From Malacoraja senta (Eukaryota), in contig JAXLNO010000499.1 of assembly GCA_038087875.1 (NCBI GenBank), positions 1 through 64,000 of the forward strand: a stretch of 64,000 nucleotides of DNA, given 5' to 3'. A model generated the notes under the pieces. That model had not been told where the DNA came from. It made no database searches and saw only the letters and a list, made by a program, of their open reading frames with translations. The translations under genes and the position numbers were made by a program. This document shows positions 49,568 through 63,369 of the stretch, piece by piece; position 1 is the stretch's first letter, and every line of letters begins with the position of its first letter.

Positions 49568-52500
49568 TATTATTATTTATTTATTTTTCCTTTTATTAGA
49601 AGTAAGTACAAGAATATTGCACCAAGGTGCCCAATATATATTGACCTGTTACATTTTATGTACAGCTTCTTTTCTTTTTTTTTAATGAAAAAGAAAAAGA
49701 AAGAATAGATAAGAAAAGATAGAAAAACGTGTGATATATAGTGTGTGAAAAGGAGAAAAGGGTGAAAGAAGAAAAATGAAGAAAAGAAGATAGAAAGAGA
49801 AAGAGTAAGTAAGCGATTAAGGAGATCATTATCTATATTCTTGACCATCCCTCACCCAATCCTGAAACAATTAGCTTCTACGATTTTGTTGCACCATATG
49901 CTTCCAAAAATTGACAAATGGAGACCAACTCATTAAGAATTGGTCTGATTTATCTATTAGGAGGAATCGCATTTCCTCAAGATGTGCGGTGTCCAACATG
50001 TTTGAAATCCACATGTTAAGCGTTGGTATGGGTGTATTTTTCCAAAATTTAAGTATACGTTTTTTTGCCGTTATTAACCCATAATTAATAAATAAATTTT
50101 GAGATGAGTTCAATTTATTCCCATCTTCCATTACTCCAAATATAATCATTTCAGTATTAGGTTCCATTTTTATCTTAAATAATTTTGTAAATATTTCAAA
50201 AATATCACTCCAGAATTTATAAAGTTTTATGCAGGAAACAAAAGAGTGTGTTAGAGTTGCATTTTGGGATAAACATTTATCACAAATGGGGGAAGTATTT
50301 GGATAGAATTTATTCAATCTAGTTTTTGAATAATAAAATCTATGTAAAATTTTAAATTGAATTAAATTATGTCTTATATTAATCGAACATTTGTGTATAT
50401 ATATCAAATACTTTTCCCATGTTTCCTTCGTGATTTTTTATCATTAGTTCTCTTTCCCACTCTTCTCTAAGTGCCTCTGTCGATGGTAGGTCTATATTTA
50501 AAATACTATTATATAAATATGATATTAATTTCTGTGTCAGCCTAAATATTCATTGCTTCTTCCAGTGGATCTAAAGTTATGTTTTGATATCTTTGTATGT
50601 ATTTCTTCATGAAGTCGCAAATCTGAAGATATTTAAAATATTGGTTATTTTTCAGTTTAAATTTTAATTGTAATTGTTGGAATGATAACAGATTTCCCAT
50701 TTCATACATATCACCGATCTTCTTAATTTCCATTCTTTCCCATTGATTATATGTTTTATCAATAAGAGATGGTTTAAATAAAGGATTATTCACTATTGGC
50801 ATTAACAATGATAGGTTTCTTAATTTTAAAGATAATTTTATTTGTTTCCAAATTCTTATTGTATCATGTATAATTGGGTTATTCTTATATATTGTGTTGT
50901 TCAGTTTTATCGGGAGAAGAGGATCGCTCGTATGTTACAAGGAGAACAATCCTCTTTCTCCATTCTTATCCATTCTGTCTGTTGGATAGAACTGTCCAAC
51001 CAGTAAATTACATTCTTAATATGCACTGCCCAATAGTAATACAAAAAGTTCGGAAGTGAAAGTCCCTCAACGTCTTTTGGTTTACACAAGTGTTTTCTTT
51101 GAATTCTCTGTGATCGATAATCCCAAATAAAATTGGTAATATTAGAGTCTAGTTTTTTTGTTGGTTTTTTTTGTTATATATAATGGTATAGATTGAAATA
51201 GGTATAATAATTGTGGTAAAAAGATCATTTTTATAGCGTTTATTCTGCCTATTAATGATAACGGAAGTGTTTTCCAGAATTTAATCAACGCGTTGTTTAT
51301 TTAATAAAGGCATAAAATTAGTATTAAATAATGCTTTATATGTTCTAGTAATTTGAATACCCAAATACTTAAATTTTTCTGTAGCAATTTTAAAGGGGAA
51401 TTTTAATACGTGTGTAGATTCTTGAGTTTTTAACGTCATGATTTCACTTTTATTTCAATTTATTCTATATCCAGAAAAAGAACCGAATTCCTCTATTAAA
51501 TTTAATGTTTGGTATGCTCGTTTGTGAATTTGTAATGTATTAAAGTATATCGTCTGCATATAATGAAATTTTATTATTTGAGTCCCTAGTATTATATCCC
51601 TGAATATTCGGATGAATTCTTATACTTTCAGCCAGGGGCTCTATCATAAGGGCAAATAACAGAGGTGATAAAGCACATCCCTGTCTATTGCCCCTTGATA
51701 ATTGAAATTTTGGAGATAACATATTATTGGTTAATATTTTTGCCGTCGGTTTATCATATAATAATTTTACCCATACAATAAAATTCTCTCCCATATTAAA
51801 TTTTTGCAGTACTTTATATAAATACTGCCACTCTACCTGATCAAATGCTTTCTCTGCGTCCAGAGAAACAATTGATATATCTTCTTCCTCCGTTTTATGT
51901 GAGTACATTATATTAAACAGGCGTCTCAAATTATTAAATGAATGTCATTTGGGTATAAACCCCGTTTGATCTAGATTTATCAATTTACTAATGTATTTAC
52001 TCAATCTTCTTGCTAAAGTCTTTGCTAAAATTTTCTGATCTGTATTTAAAAGTGATATAGCTCTATATGAGCCCGGTTCTTCTAAATCATTATCTTTTTT
52101 TGGTATAAGCGTAATAGTTGATTCAGCTAATGTTTCTGGTAGTTTATTTTCTTTAAAGGCGTGAGTATATAAATTAAGTAAACGTGGAGCCGTTATCTCG
52201 TGAAATCTTTTATAAAATTCATTACTAAAACCATCGTGTCCAGGCGTCTTACCGTTTTTCAATGATTTTATTGTTCTCCTATTTCTTCAAGTGTAATCTG
52301 AGCTCCTAATTCCTCTTGTTCTGAAAGATCAAGTTTTGGAAGATTACAGTTATCTAAAAAATTTATAATTTTACTATCTTCTATTTTAGTTTTAGATGTA
52401 TATAGATTTTGATAATATTGAGTAAATCCATTGTTAATATCCTTTGGTAATGTTAGTAATTCACCTTTCTCTGATTTAATTTTAGTGATAGTATTTTCCT

Positions 52501-55500
52501 TTTCTTGATTTTTCAATTGACGAGCTAAGAGTTTATGTGGCTTGTCACCAAATTCGAAATGTTCCTGTTTTGTAATTTGGAATAATCTTATTACTCTTGC
52601 CGATAAAATTCGATTAAGTTTAAATTTCAATAATATTATCTTATTATGTTTATCTGTAGTTGGATCTTTGGCATTATCTAACTAATTTCTTGTTCAAGCA
52701 TCAGTTGTTCAGTCTTATTCTTTTTATTTTGAAAGATTTGATATGAGATTATAACTCCTCTGATAAATGCCTTGAATGTTTCCCATAATAAAGAAGGTGA
52801 AATACCTGGTGTTTCATTTGTCTCAAAAAAAAAATTCATTTGTTGTTTTAAATAATTATAACCTTGTGGTTTGTTTAGGATTTGTGTGTTAAACCTCCAA
52901 AAAGATGTTTTACCCGGCATTCCCTCAAATTTTAATAGAAAAGTCAACGGGGAGTGATCGGAAACAATACTAGTGTGGTATTTAGGATTGATTGTATATG
53001 GAATTAATTTCGTGTCCACTAAAAAATAATCAATTCGTGAATACGTTTTATGTACTGATGAGTAAAACGAATATTCCCTTCCAGTTGGATTAGCAGTTCT
53101 CCATACATCTGTTATATTAGTATTTTTAATATATATATTTAGAAGTTCACTAGTCTTAGATTTTAAATTACCCCTCCTTTGTTTTACTGATTTATCTAAA
53201 TATGGATCTAAAACGCAATTGAAGTCCCCCCTTATTATTACATTTTGGTAATTAAACTCTGATATTATATCTATAATTTTATTTAAAAATTGGGGGTTGT
53301 CAAAATTCAGAGCGTAAATATTTATCATAGTCAGTGGGGTTGAATAAATTTCTCCCGAAACTATAATATACCTTCCCTCTTTATCTGAAATAGTATTCTT
53401 TAATTTAAATGGTATACCTTTCCGAATAACAATAGCCTTACCTCTAGATTTAGAAGTAAATGAAGAATAATATGTTTGACCTATCCAATTTGCCTTCAAT
53501 CTCATCTGTGTTTGTTGTTTCATGTGTGTTTCCTGCACAAACATTATGTCAGAATTTAATGATTTTAATTGGGCAAAAATTTTACCCCTCTTAATTGGTT
53601 CATTGGCACCCCTTATATTCCAACTACAGAATGTAATTCCTCCATTCTTTATTTGTCTATCGTCTTGCATTATATATCAGCTTAGTGTTTTTGACTCGTA
53701 TGGTGCAACCAAATACCTCAGAACTCTGGATGCTGGGTGGTCGTCGCGAACTTTTAAATTTATGTTACATCTCCTTCCTGTATGATACCTTAATAAAAAA
53801 TAAAAGAAAGAATGTGATGTGAAATTAATTACAAAAAAATTAAACAAATAGAAATCTTGATAGTGATTTTTTAAAAAAAGTGATGTTAAGGTATCTAAGA
53901 GAAGATACCTTAAAAACGAGAAGCCACCTAAGGTGGCGAAAAATTTATGGACTTCCATTGATGTTGTTGTACATTGAGCTCCATCCCCTTAACAGAGTCT
54001 CATGAAAGGCTGCGGACCGTTTCATATATATATATATTTTTTTTTCTATAAATTTATCAAACTAGAGCAAATGAAAACAGAAAGAATTCAGAAAAAGAGG
54101 TAAAAAATAAAAAAACAAAAATAAAACACAACGTATGTTCAGTTCTATAAGTATCTATGCCTTTCCAATTAATCTAATATTAATCTAGTCTAAACTTTAC
54201 CATATATATCCACCTAAAATTATTACATTATATCCCATTCTTTATCTTTAATACAGGCAGGTTCCAAGGGGTTAAACAAAGCCACGCATCTGGATCTTTT
54301 CCAAGTGTATGATGCTCCTGCCTCCTTCACACACAATATTATTTTGTTAGTATTATTATGAACATTTTAGTTAATTACTGTATATTAGTATATATCATCA
54401 ATATTAGTTCATTTCCCTTAAACTATTTTAAATTTATTTAATCAAATTTATGTACAATCCCATTATCTCCTTCCCCGCTCCATGGGTTATTCATATTTGC
54501 AGCTTACATTAACAGATAATTAGTATTATTAAATTTGTTAGATTAATTGATTATTTATTATTAAAATATAGTAATTAAAGATTTTCTTAAATCAACAGAT
54601 TTTTATATTCCAGTCAGTAATGTCCTTCAACGTCCTTTTGTTTATCTGTAAGTTTTCCATTCAAGGTGAAACATGGACTGTACTCTCGAAAACACATTCC
54701 AGACAGATAAGCATATCTGGTAACTGTCTGGAAAAGTTCCGCCATCTTAATTATAGCAAAATCTTGTATTAAAAAGTTTAATCTTCATCCTTGTCGTCAT
54801 CTTCATCCACTGTTTTCTTTACGATATCCTGTGCGTACTTAAAAGACTTTTTGGGGCCCGTGAATGAGCGTTCAGTGTCCTTATAAGTAATCTTCATTTT
54901 TGCTGGATAGACCACCCCATATCTCACTTGGGGTATTCCTTTCAGAATATTTCTTGTCTGTGTAAACAAGATCCTTTTTTGGACGACTTCAGGGGGATAA
55001 TCACAGAAGAATCTAATATTATCCCCAAAATATGTAAGATTCTCCCCGTGGATAATCTTATTCAATATATTTTCCAATGAAGAAATGTCGAGGAATGTCA
55101 CAATTATCTGTCTTGGGGGAGCACTTATCCCTTTTGGAACGCGTCCAACCCAGTGAGCGACATCTATTCTTGGGTATTCCAGCAGTTTAAAAACATCTTT
55201 AAGTTAGTCAGCAACGAAAGTACGTGTATGAGATCCACGCCCCTCTCGTCCTTCCTTTACTCCAACAATTCTTAAATTCTGCCTTCTCGATCTCGCCTCC
55301 AAGTCCAAACATTTATCAGTCATTCTCACGAGTTGCTCCCCCTCAAATTGTTGTGCTTTTTTCAGACTCGATATTTCCAAAGCCATCTCTTTCATTACAG
55401 TCTCCATGTCTTCCATCAGCTTATCAGACTAATTCATGTTCTCATACATCTTATTAAATTTCTTATTATAGTCTTTTTCCATTTTGACACATTCTCCCAT

Positions 55501-55612
55501 TAATTTTTTATCAAGCTCCTTATCTGCTTCTTCAGCTCCTTTAACTCACCACAAGCAGAATCAATTTTTTTAGAAAGATTACTCGGAGCATTCCTTGTGT
55601 TATAATTTGATT
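49568..55612 (-). mobile_element. Near full-length decayed L1 nested in DIRS copy 2
   Basis: ORF1 remnants (DLEARSRRQNLR, YPAKMK; 54778-55416) and ORF2 fragments 53670-49871 (SWNIRG, SDH, DAEKAFD, YADD, CDKC). Probable short TSD ATTATTA. Confidence 0.9.
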
Positions 55613-58600
55613 CATTATTAGTTCTAATTGGGACAATCGCCCAATCACATCTGCCATAGATGTCCCAAGACTTGGCTATGACTTTGCCCCAACTTGGGGT
55701 TATCAAGCTGCTCCCTTTAGCAGCCGAACCGAGACTAGCTGCAGATCAGTGCTCTGTTGTTATCATCATTTATCAAACAGACTGCACCTGCTAGTGACTC
55801 CGAGTCCTTGCTCCCTTCCGGAGCCAACAGTATTACAGGGAAGGACTGGAGCGCCTCTGGCCCCCATACGCCAGACAGAGTGGGAGAAATGCTGCAACCC
55901 TGCCAGGTGCTGTCATAGGCAATGACATTTATATGATTATAAGAAACCTATCCTTAAATCAGAGATTCGATTACTTTATTGATATGCATATAGTTGGAGT
56001 CTTTTGTAAAGGAATCTCCCACAGTCCCCTCTAATGAGCGGAAATTATCATGACGCCACCAGGTGTAGCTCCCACAGGTGACTGATAGGTACAGCTCAAA
56101 CAAGGCTTCCCAAGCCAGGAGCTCTGGACTGCAATGGCAGGTCCAATTCCACTACACCATTGGTGTAAGTGATAATAAATTTTATTCCCAAAATAAACAT
56201 ACACCTGTCGGCGGTGCGGCAGCTGAGCTTACCTGCGGCTATTTTTAACTCACCTCCTGCCGCAATTATGAATCCTAGCTCCTATGGAGGCACACACCGC
56301 CTCCACTTTCGGCTGCCTGCTCCCGTTCAGAACTCGAGCGGCAGCCATCGCAAACCCAGCGTCTATGGAGCCCCATAGCGGCCTGCAAAATTCGGCCGCT
56401 TGCTCCCGTGCGGAGCTCGAGCGGCAGTCGCCACAAACCCTGCTCTTATGGAGTCCAACAGCGGCCTGCAAATACGGCCGCTTGCTCCCATGCGGAGCTC
56501 GAGCGGCAGTCGCCACAAACCCAGCTTCCTATGGAGCCTCACGCCGGTCTCCAAAATCGACCACCTGCTTGCGTGCGGAGCTCGAACGGCCCCGCAAAAT
56601 TATACTCTAGCTCCTTGTGGAGCTTTCACGGCGGCCCAAACCCTGGCCGCTTCCATAGCTACTTCGGGCCCGCTATCGGAGCGGCCCTCTGGAATAAAAT
56701 TGACTTACCTGCTAGAGCAGTCCGAACTGCTCCCGCACGTCGCGTCATGCGTTAGACGTATAGACGCGCATGCGGGCTGGCGGGCTTCTTCACGTAGTCA
56801 CTCACGTGACTTCGAAATAAAATTGTCAATTGCACAACTATCAAATATGTTGCGCATAGTCCTCAGCAGTCCCACCAGCCAATTCATCGACTGCTGCAGA
56901 AAGACATTTGTCTGTGGTGGTGAAGTGTACACTGTTAATGTGGGTCTCTTCCTGGGTGGTTGCATCAAAAACCACAGTCAAACCCTTTGTTGCTAGGATC
57001 ATCTCTGCTATTTGCAACTCAGCAACAGCTCCCAATTCTCGGGCCATAACTTCAACTGCACTGCGTCGAGGAACATGATCCAGATTAAGTCCACTCCGCT
57101 TGTAGAACTGGCTTATCAGGATTGGAATGTTTGCTGTGGGAGTTTTGTTTACAATACAGTCAAACACATGCATCCTTGTTGTTGAGGAGTAAGTCTTCTG
57201 GTCCACCTTTGACTTGACAATACTGGCAGCCTCCAGAGTTTCGATTGTTTCTTTGAGGACAAGATTGTCAAATTCGAGGTTTCTCACATCCTCTTCCCAG
57301 TCCTTTAGTTTTTCATGAACTTTTCTGTACTGGTGAATTGAAACAGTTTTCCTCTTTTCCTTACTGCCACGAAACTTCAGCAATTGTCTGTGCGCTTTTT
57401 TAAGTCTCAAAAACTCTGCCTTGGTTTCAGCTAGCTCTCGTGCAAAAGTTTCCCCACGTAATTTGGTTTTGAGTTCCGGAATCTCTCTGTCCTTTAAATC
57501 TATTTGGTTTTGCTTTCTCTTTAAGGCTTGATTAACTACACGTTTGGGAATTTTCAACTGTGCCCTAAGTTCACTGATCTTTGTGCGATACTTTTGTGTA
57601 AGAGCAGCCTTGGATGCGGACAGAAAGTTTAGTCTTTTCTTCAATTTCTGTTTCCTTGGTGAAATAATTAGAAGTTCTCTGCTACATCTTGTTGAAACAC
57701 TAGATGTCGATGGCATTGGTTCAGGTGAGGCAGCAGCTGTCATTGACGTTGCTAGATTCAGTGGAGGATGTAGACTATGACTGTCATCGCCCATGTCCTC
57801 AGTGTCTTGAAATATGTGCACTTGGCTTTCGGCAGATGTCAAGGATTCAGGATCTTGAGCACCAGGCAGTGGAATGTCATCTAAAGAAATGTGTTAACTG
57901 CTTTCTGGAAGTTTAAAAGATTCATCACAAATTTTCATAAATGCTCCAAGTTCCTTGGGATTGGTGAGTTTTTAAAACTTAAGCAAAGTCCGGTTAACAA
58001 AATCCTTCACTCTTGAGTTAACAGCAGCAAATGAATAGCCTTCTGCATCTGACAAAGAGAAATGTGAACTCAGCGATTTCTCTGTTTCAGGCAGACTTTT
58101 TCCAAACGAGGTATACAAGTACAAGATGTGTCCATTTTTAAGATCCCTCTTAGACTCGGGCATGACAGAGAAATTCACTTCAAGGTGAGCTCTAGCTATG
58201 CCTGGCTGGGCTTTTGGATTGACAATTTTGCATTTCTTCTTCAGAGACATCTGTTTATAATGTAACTTTAAAAAAAAAACACTGAATAGCATTAACAGAA
58301 ACAAGTTATTATTTGCAGTTTTAGAAAAAAAAGGTAGAAATGATAAAGTTAAATGCTAAAACAAATAGTAAATACCCAACAAGAAATTCATATTCATCAG
58401 TTTCATCAAATCAATTTAATCAATTAAATTCATCTAAATTCAATTACTAGATCTAAACATCTATCCATTTCTTAAGAAAAGGTTAAAATTGTTAAATAGC
58501 CTAAGTGTCCAAATAACATTCACACAAGAATTCACAATATAACATGATTTTTAAATCTCACTGTCATGAACTTATAGGCCAAATGGAAGGAATTTAATGT

Positions 58601-59270
58601 TTAATTCCCATAAATTAATCCAGAAACATCCACTCAAAATATAATCAAAATTATTGTATTTTGCATAATACATGTGACTCAAACTGTTGTGAATATTTAG
58701 TTTAAAAATAATGATCATGGAGAGAGAATAACACAAAATATAAGCAATGTAGACGGCTTATGACATGATTGTCCAAAAAAAAAAGAGCATTTAAATCATC
58801 TTGCGAGTGGGTGATTCTGGAATTTGATCGATTGGAACATTGCCGCTGCACTGAGTTTTAACCACATATTGGCAGGAAAGACACTGCCGGTTCGTATGGG
58901 GCCCAAATAACATTTTTGCAACGTAAAATTAGATTAAAGCCATCCCAAGAAGCAAGATTATATGTAAAATATACGACTTACCCTTTGTTTTGTCCCGTTT
59001 TTGCGATCCGTCACGTTGTAGGCGTTGAGGGCATTAGAAGTCGCTTTTTATTTTAATCCAATTATTAAATTGTCCAGCAATTTTTTTTTTAATAAACTGG
59101 GAACGGAAGTCCGATCGATTTTTCTTCATCAGCTAGCAGCCCGAGGAAATCCGCCTCCGACAAGCAATACAAACCCCGCCCCTCCCCCCCCCCCGCCAGA
59201 GTCGCATGCACGGCCAGTGGCAGAACTGCAGCGCCGCTGAAGGTGGGTTTTGTAACATCGCTATATAATG

Positions 59271-60260
59271 GTGGAGGAGAAATACCCCTCTTGACAATAC
59301 CCCTTAACCTTACTGAGATTCTGGCCTTATTCTGTTTTCACAATAAAACAGCAACTAACGGGTGCCTTCAGAACGGCAAACTTGAGGACGAACCCATATA
59401 TAGGGGATGGTATACGGCCCCTTTTAAGCCAGGATGGAAAGTAAATTAGACCATGGTTTGGGAAATACCAAGACTTAAATTAGTGGATTGCCCCCACAGT
59501 CCAGTTGTTACTACCTGTTATTGTGACAAAAGAGGCAACGGGCTATACTTAGGGGACAGCACCTTCACTAAGGTTAGTGTTAGTGGCCCGCCGTGTCCAG
59601 CAAATGGGACGTATTTTGTGTGTGGATCCTGGGCATACCCATGGTTACCTGGTATGTCACCTGGGGATAAGAAGAACTGGGAAAGGTTGATCAGGCCAAC
59701 CAACAACTGAAGGGGATGCTTTTATTTGCCCTTTGTTGTCCCTCACATGCGAGCTGTATAACATTTAACTGAATTGGATATCCCCATGAGGGCTAAGTGA
59801 AGTATAGTGGAGTCAGAGCGATTCCGATGATTGCCTTCCCACTTTACGGGACAGCCCGCCTATCACGGGAATTGATTACTATGGCCTCCATATAGGAGAA
59901 ATTGGCTAATGAAACTGCGGACGCATTTACTTACACGCATCCATGACAGCTGAAATATTTGCACTTCGCACTATAGTCCTGTAGAATAAAAGGAGGGACC
60001 TGTGCTATAATAGGGCAGGAATGCTGCACCTATGTCCCCCATGAGTCCTCTAGCATTACTAACCTTGCTGTCCACATCACCCAGGAAGTTAAAATTGGGA
60101 GCCTGATGCATGGCTGCAATGATGGGGCAACTGGTGGCAATTTTGCTGGTTTGGAGGTCTCCAGGGGACCCTACTACACTATGGTTCTATTTTTCGGTTG
60201 GTGCTTACATTGATATTTGTTATGCAATGTATCTGACCACTCTGTGCTTCGCGGAGACTG
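59271..60260 (+). pseudogene. ERV env remainder (SU C-terminus and TM), gamma-type
   Basis: Reads CPANGTYFVCGSWAYPWLP, a degraded furin site RAK*, heptad EKLANETADAF, a partly deleted ISD, CX6CC motif GGTCAIIGQECCTYVP, and a hydrophobic TM-like segment. Confidence 0.9.
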
Positions 60261-60279
60261 TAATGTTATCATGGATGAT

Positions 60280-60291
60280 AAAATGAGGGAA
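60280..60291 (+). promoter_or_regulatory. Polypurine tract
   Basis: AAAATGAGGGAA lies immediately before the TGAAAG LTR start. Confidence 0.6.
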
Positions 60292-60735
60292 TGAAAGAGT
60301 TAATCGCTATTAGCTAGAATCACCTTGCATGATGGGATACTTGACCATTTTCTGTTTTATTGCTTAAATGCTCATGTAGCTTTAAAACTACAGACAGAGG
60401 AAATATACTGCTGACTCATGTAGCCGAAAACTGGAATACTGCTGGTGCCTCGTAGGGGGGGGGGGGGGGTAACTGATAACTGAAATACTGCTGACTCATG
60501 AAGATGTGAGCGAGACTGGCAATACTTGGAAAATCCACAGAACAGAATATGCCTGGGATAAGCTAACTACAGAACAGCAGTTGACCGAACTGACGTACAT
60601 AGATCGCTGCTCCGCAGTAGAAAAGATAACAGTCACTGGAAAATACATCAGCATTTACTCTTGGAAGTGCTCCTCGGCAGTAGTTTTTGGAAAAATGACT
60701 AAGGCATTTACTTGACTTTAAGAGTATATAACACT

Positions 60736-62942
60736 GATAAACCGATGGCAAGAATATTAACTAACAGCATGTTATCTCAAAAATTTCAATTATCAAGGGG
60801 TAATAGGCAGGGATGTGCTTTATCACCGCTGCTATTTGCCCTTATGATAGAACCTCTGGCTGAAAGTATAAGAAGCCATCCGAATATTCAGGGTTATAAT
60901 ACTAGGGACTCAAATAATAAAATTTCATTGTATGCAGACGATATTTTGTTATATATAACAAATTCACAAACGAGCATACCAAATTTATTAAATTTAATAG
61001 AGGAATTTGGGTCCTTTTCTGGATATAGAATAAACTGGAACAAAAGTGAAATCATGACGTTAAAACCTCAAGAATCTACACACTTATTGAAATTCCCCTT
61101 TAAAATAGCAACAGAAAAATTCAAATATTTGGGTATTCAGATTACTAGAAAACATAAAGCTTTATTCAATGTCAATTTTATACCCTTAATAAATAAACTT
61201 AATATAATGATAAAATTTTGGAAAACACTCCCTTTATCATTAATAGGCAGAATAAATGCTATTAAAATGAGCTTCCTACCACAGTTATTATACCTATTTC
61301 AATCTATACCAGTATATGTACCAAAATATTTTTTTTCTAAACTGAACGCTAATATTACTAATTTTGTTTGGGATTATAAATCACATAGAATTAAAAAAGA
61401 ACACTTATGTAAACCAAAAGATGTCGGGGGACTTTCACTCCCAAATTTTTTGTATTACTATTGGGCAATACATATTAAGAATATAATTTACTGGTTGGAT
61501 AGTTCAACTCAACAGACAGAATGGATAAAAATGGAGAAAGAGGATTGTTATCCTTGTAATATAGGAACAATCCTCTTCTCCCCGAAAAAAATGAACAATA
61601 CAATATATAAGAAAAACCCATTTATACAAGATACAATAAGAATATGGAAACAAATAAAATTATCCTTAAAATTAAGAAACCTATCATTGTTAACACCGAT
61701 AGCGAATAATCCTTTATTTAAACGATCTATTATGGATAAAATATATAATCAATGGGAAAGTTTAGGAATTAAAAGGATCGGGGACATGTATGAAATGGGA
61801 GATTTATTATCATTTCAACAATTACAATTAAAATTTAAACTGAAAAACACTCATTATTTTAAATATTTTCAGATTTGTAATTTTTTGAAGACATACATAC
61901 AGGGATATCAAAAAATAACTCCTGATTTACTAGAAGTAATGAATATAAAAGCTGATACACAAAATTTAATATCATATTTATATAATAGTCTTTTAAATAT
62001 AGATTTACCTGTGACCGAGGTAATTAGAGAAGAGTGGGAACGGGAATTATTGATAAAAATTACGAAGGCTACATGGGAAAAGTATTTGACATACATTCAC
62101 AAGTGTTCGATTAACGCTAGACATAATCTAATCCAATTTAAAATTTTACATAGATTATATTATTCAAAAACAAGATTAAATACATTTTATCCAAATATAT
62201 CGCCCATTTGCGATAAATGTTTAACCCAAGACGCAACTATAACACACTCTTTTGTTTCTTGTATAAAACTTCATGGATTTTGGAGTGATATTTTCGAAAT
62301 ATTTACAAAATTATTTAAGACAAAAATGGAACCCAATAATGAATTGATTATATTTGGGGTAATGGAAGACGGGAACAAATTGAGCTCATCTCAAAAGTCA
62401 ATTTTTAATTGTGGTTTAATAATAGCAAAAAAATTAATATTGAAATTTTGGAAAAATACACCAATACCAACGCTCAAAATGTGGATTGCAAGTATGTTGG
62501 ATACCGCACATCTTGAGGAAATGCGATTCCTCCTAATAGATAAATTTGACCAATTCATAACGAGTTGGTCTCCATTTGTCGTCTTTTTGGAAACATATGG
62601 TTTTGGCAACACAGGTGTAAAAGCTAATCCGTGACTGGGGATGGTCAAGATTATAAATGATCTCCTTACTTCTATTTTCTTTTCTTCTCTTCTCTTCTTT
62701 TATTCTCTTTCTTCTATTTTCTATGTCTCAACTTTCTTTTTTCACTCTCTATTTTTCTTTTTCACACACTATATATCTCACATTTTTCTATTTTTCATTA
62801 TCTAACTTTTTTCTTTTTCTTCTTTATTACAAAAAAAATTTAAAATAAGAAGCTGTACATAAAAGGTATTATGAAAATATGATTGTATACAATTGTACTT
62901 ACTTCTAATAAAATTAAAATATTTTTAATTTTTTTTTTAAAA
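60736..62942 (+). mobile_element. 5'-truncated L1 with an open ORF2 C-terminal half
   Basis: ORF 60712-62634 carries RQGCALSP, YADD and the Zn knuckle. TSD AAGAGTATATAACACT at 60720-60735 and ~62942-62957. Confidence 0.95.
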
Positions 62943-63000
62943 AGAGTATATAACACTATGTTGCTGCTCGGGGAGTACTGAGTGTATTGGTATACTCTCT

Positions 63001-63369
63001 TTTTTAAAATTCAAAAAATGTATTCAATTATTTAAAAAATAATATTACACTGCAATAAAACACACCAGATCCCACCACCATAATACAATACAAACATATA
63101 TACATAATAAACTACAATACAACTATGATACAATCCTTATTGAGGATACATTCAACACCCTGCGGACCCCAGTGATCCCGGAAATCCCCCAGATTGCCCG
63201 TGGACAGGGCGTATTCCCTTTCTAACCCCACCCGGGCACGGACGTAACCCCGGAAAAGGGGCAGGCAGCCGGCTCGGGCAGAGCCCTCCACCGCCTGGCG
63301 CCGTGACTCGCGGATGGCCAGCTTGGTCAGGCCCAGGAGCAACCCAACCAGGACATCTTCAGCCCTACC
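63001..63369 (-). mobile_element. Tx1-clade LINE 3' fragment
   Basis: Encodes LLGLTKLAIRESRR...FRGYVRARVGLE...FRDHW. TSD TTGGTATACTCTCT on both sides, with poly(T) on +. Confidence 0.75.

Larger units (their letters stand above)
44173..56823 (-). mobile_element. Non-autonomous DIRS-type element (copy 2, outer) with non-DIRS internal cargo
   Basis: Same ITR/ICR architecture as copy 1 (44173-44510; other end GCATGCGGGCTGGCGGG..CACGTAGTCACTCACGTGACTTCGAAATAAAAT at 56768-56823). No YR or RT of its own. ~70-bp GC-rich tandem repeats at 56270-56660. Confidence 0.8.
42148..59263 (-). mobile_element. hAT-superfamily DNA transposon with 7-bp TSD (hATw-like), decayed transposase, interrupted by DIRS
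   Basis: TIRs TAGCAATGTAACAAAA / TTTTGTAACATCGCTA. TSD TATAATG at 42141-42147 and 59264-59270. Transposase pieces at 58304-57972, 57842-56841 (VFDATTQ), 44156-43425 (TMCDRCAANH, CHLH), 43332-42862 (HNIYVEE) and 43075-42593. Confidence 0.8.
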
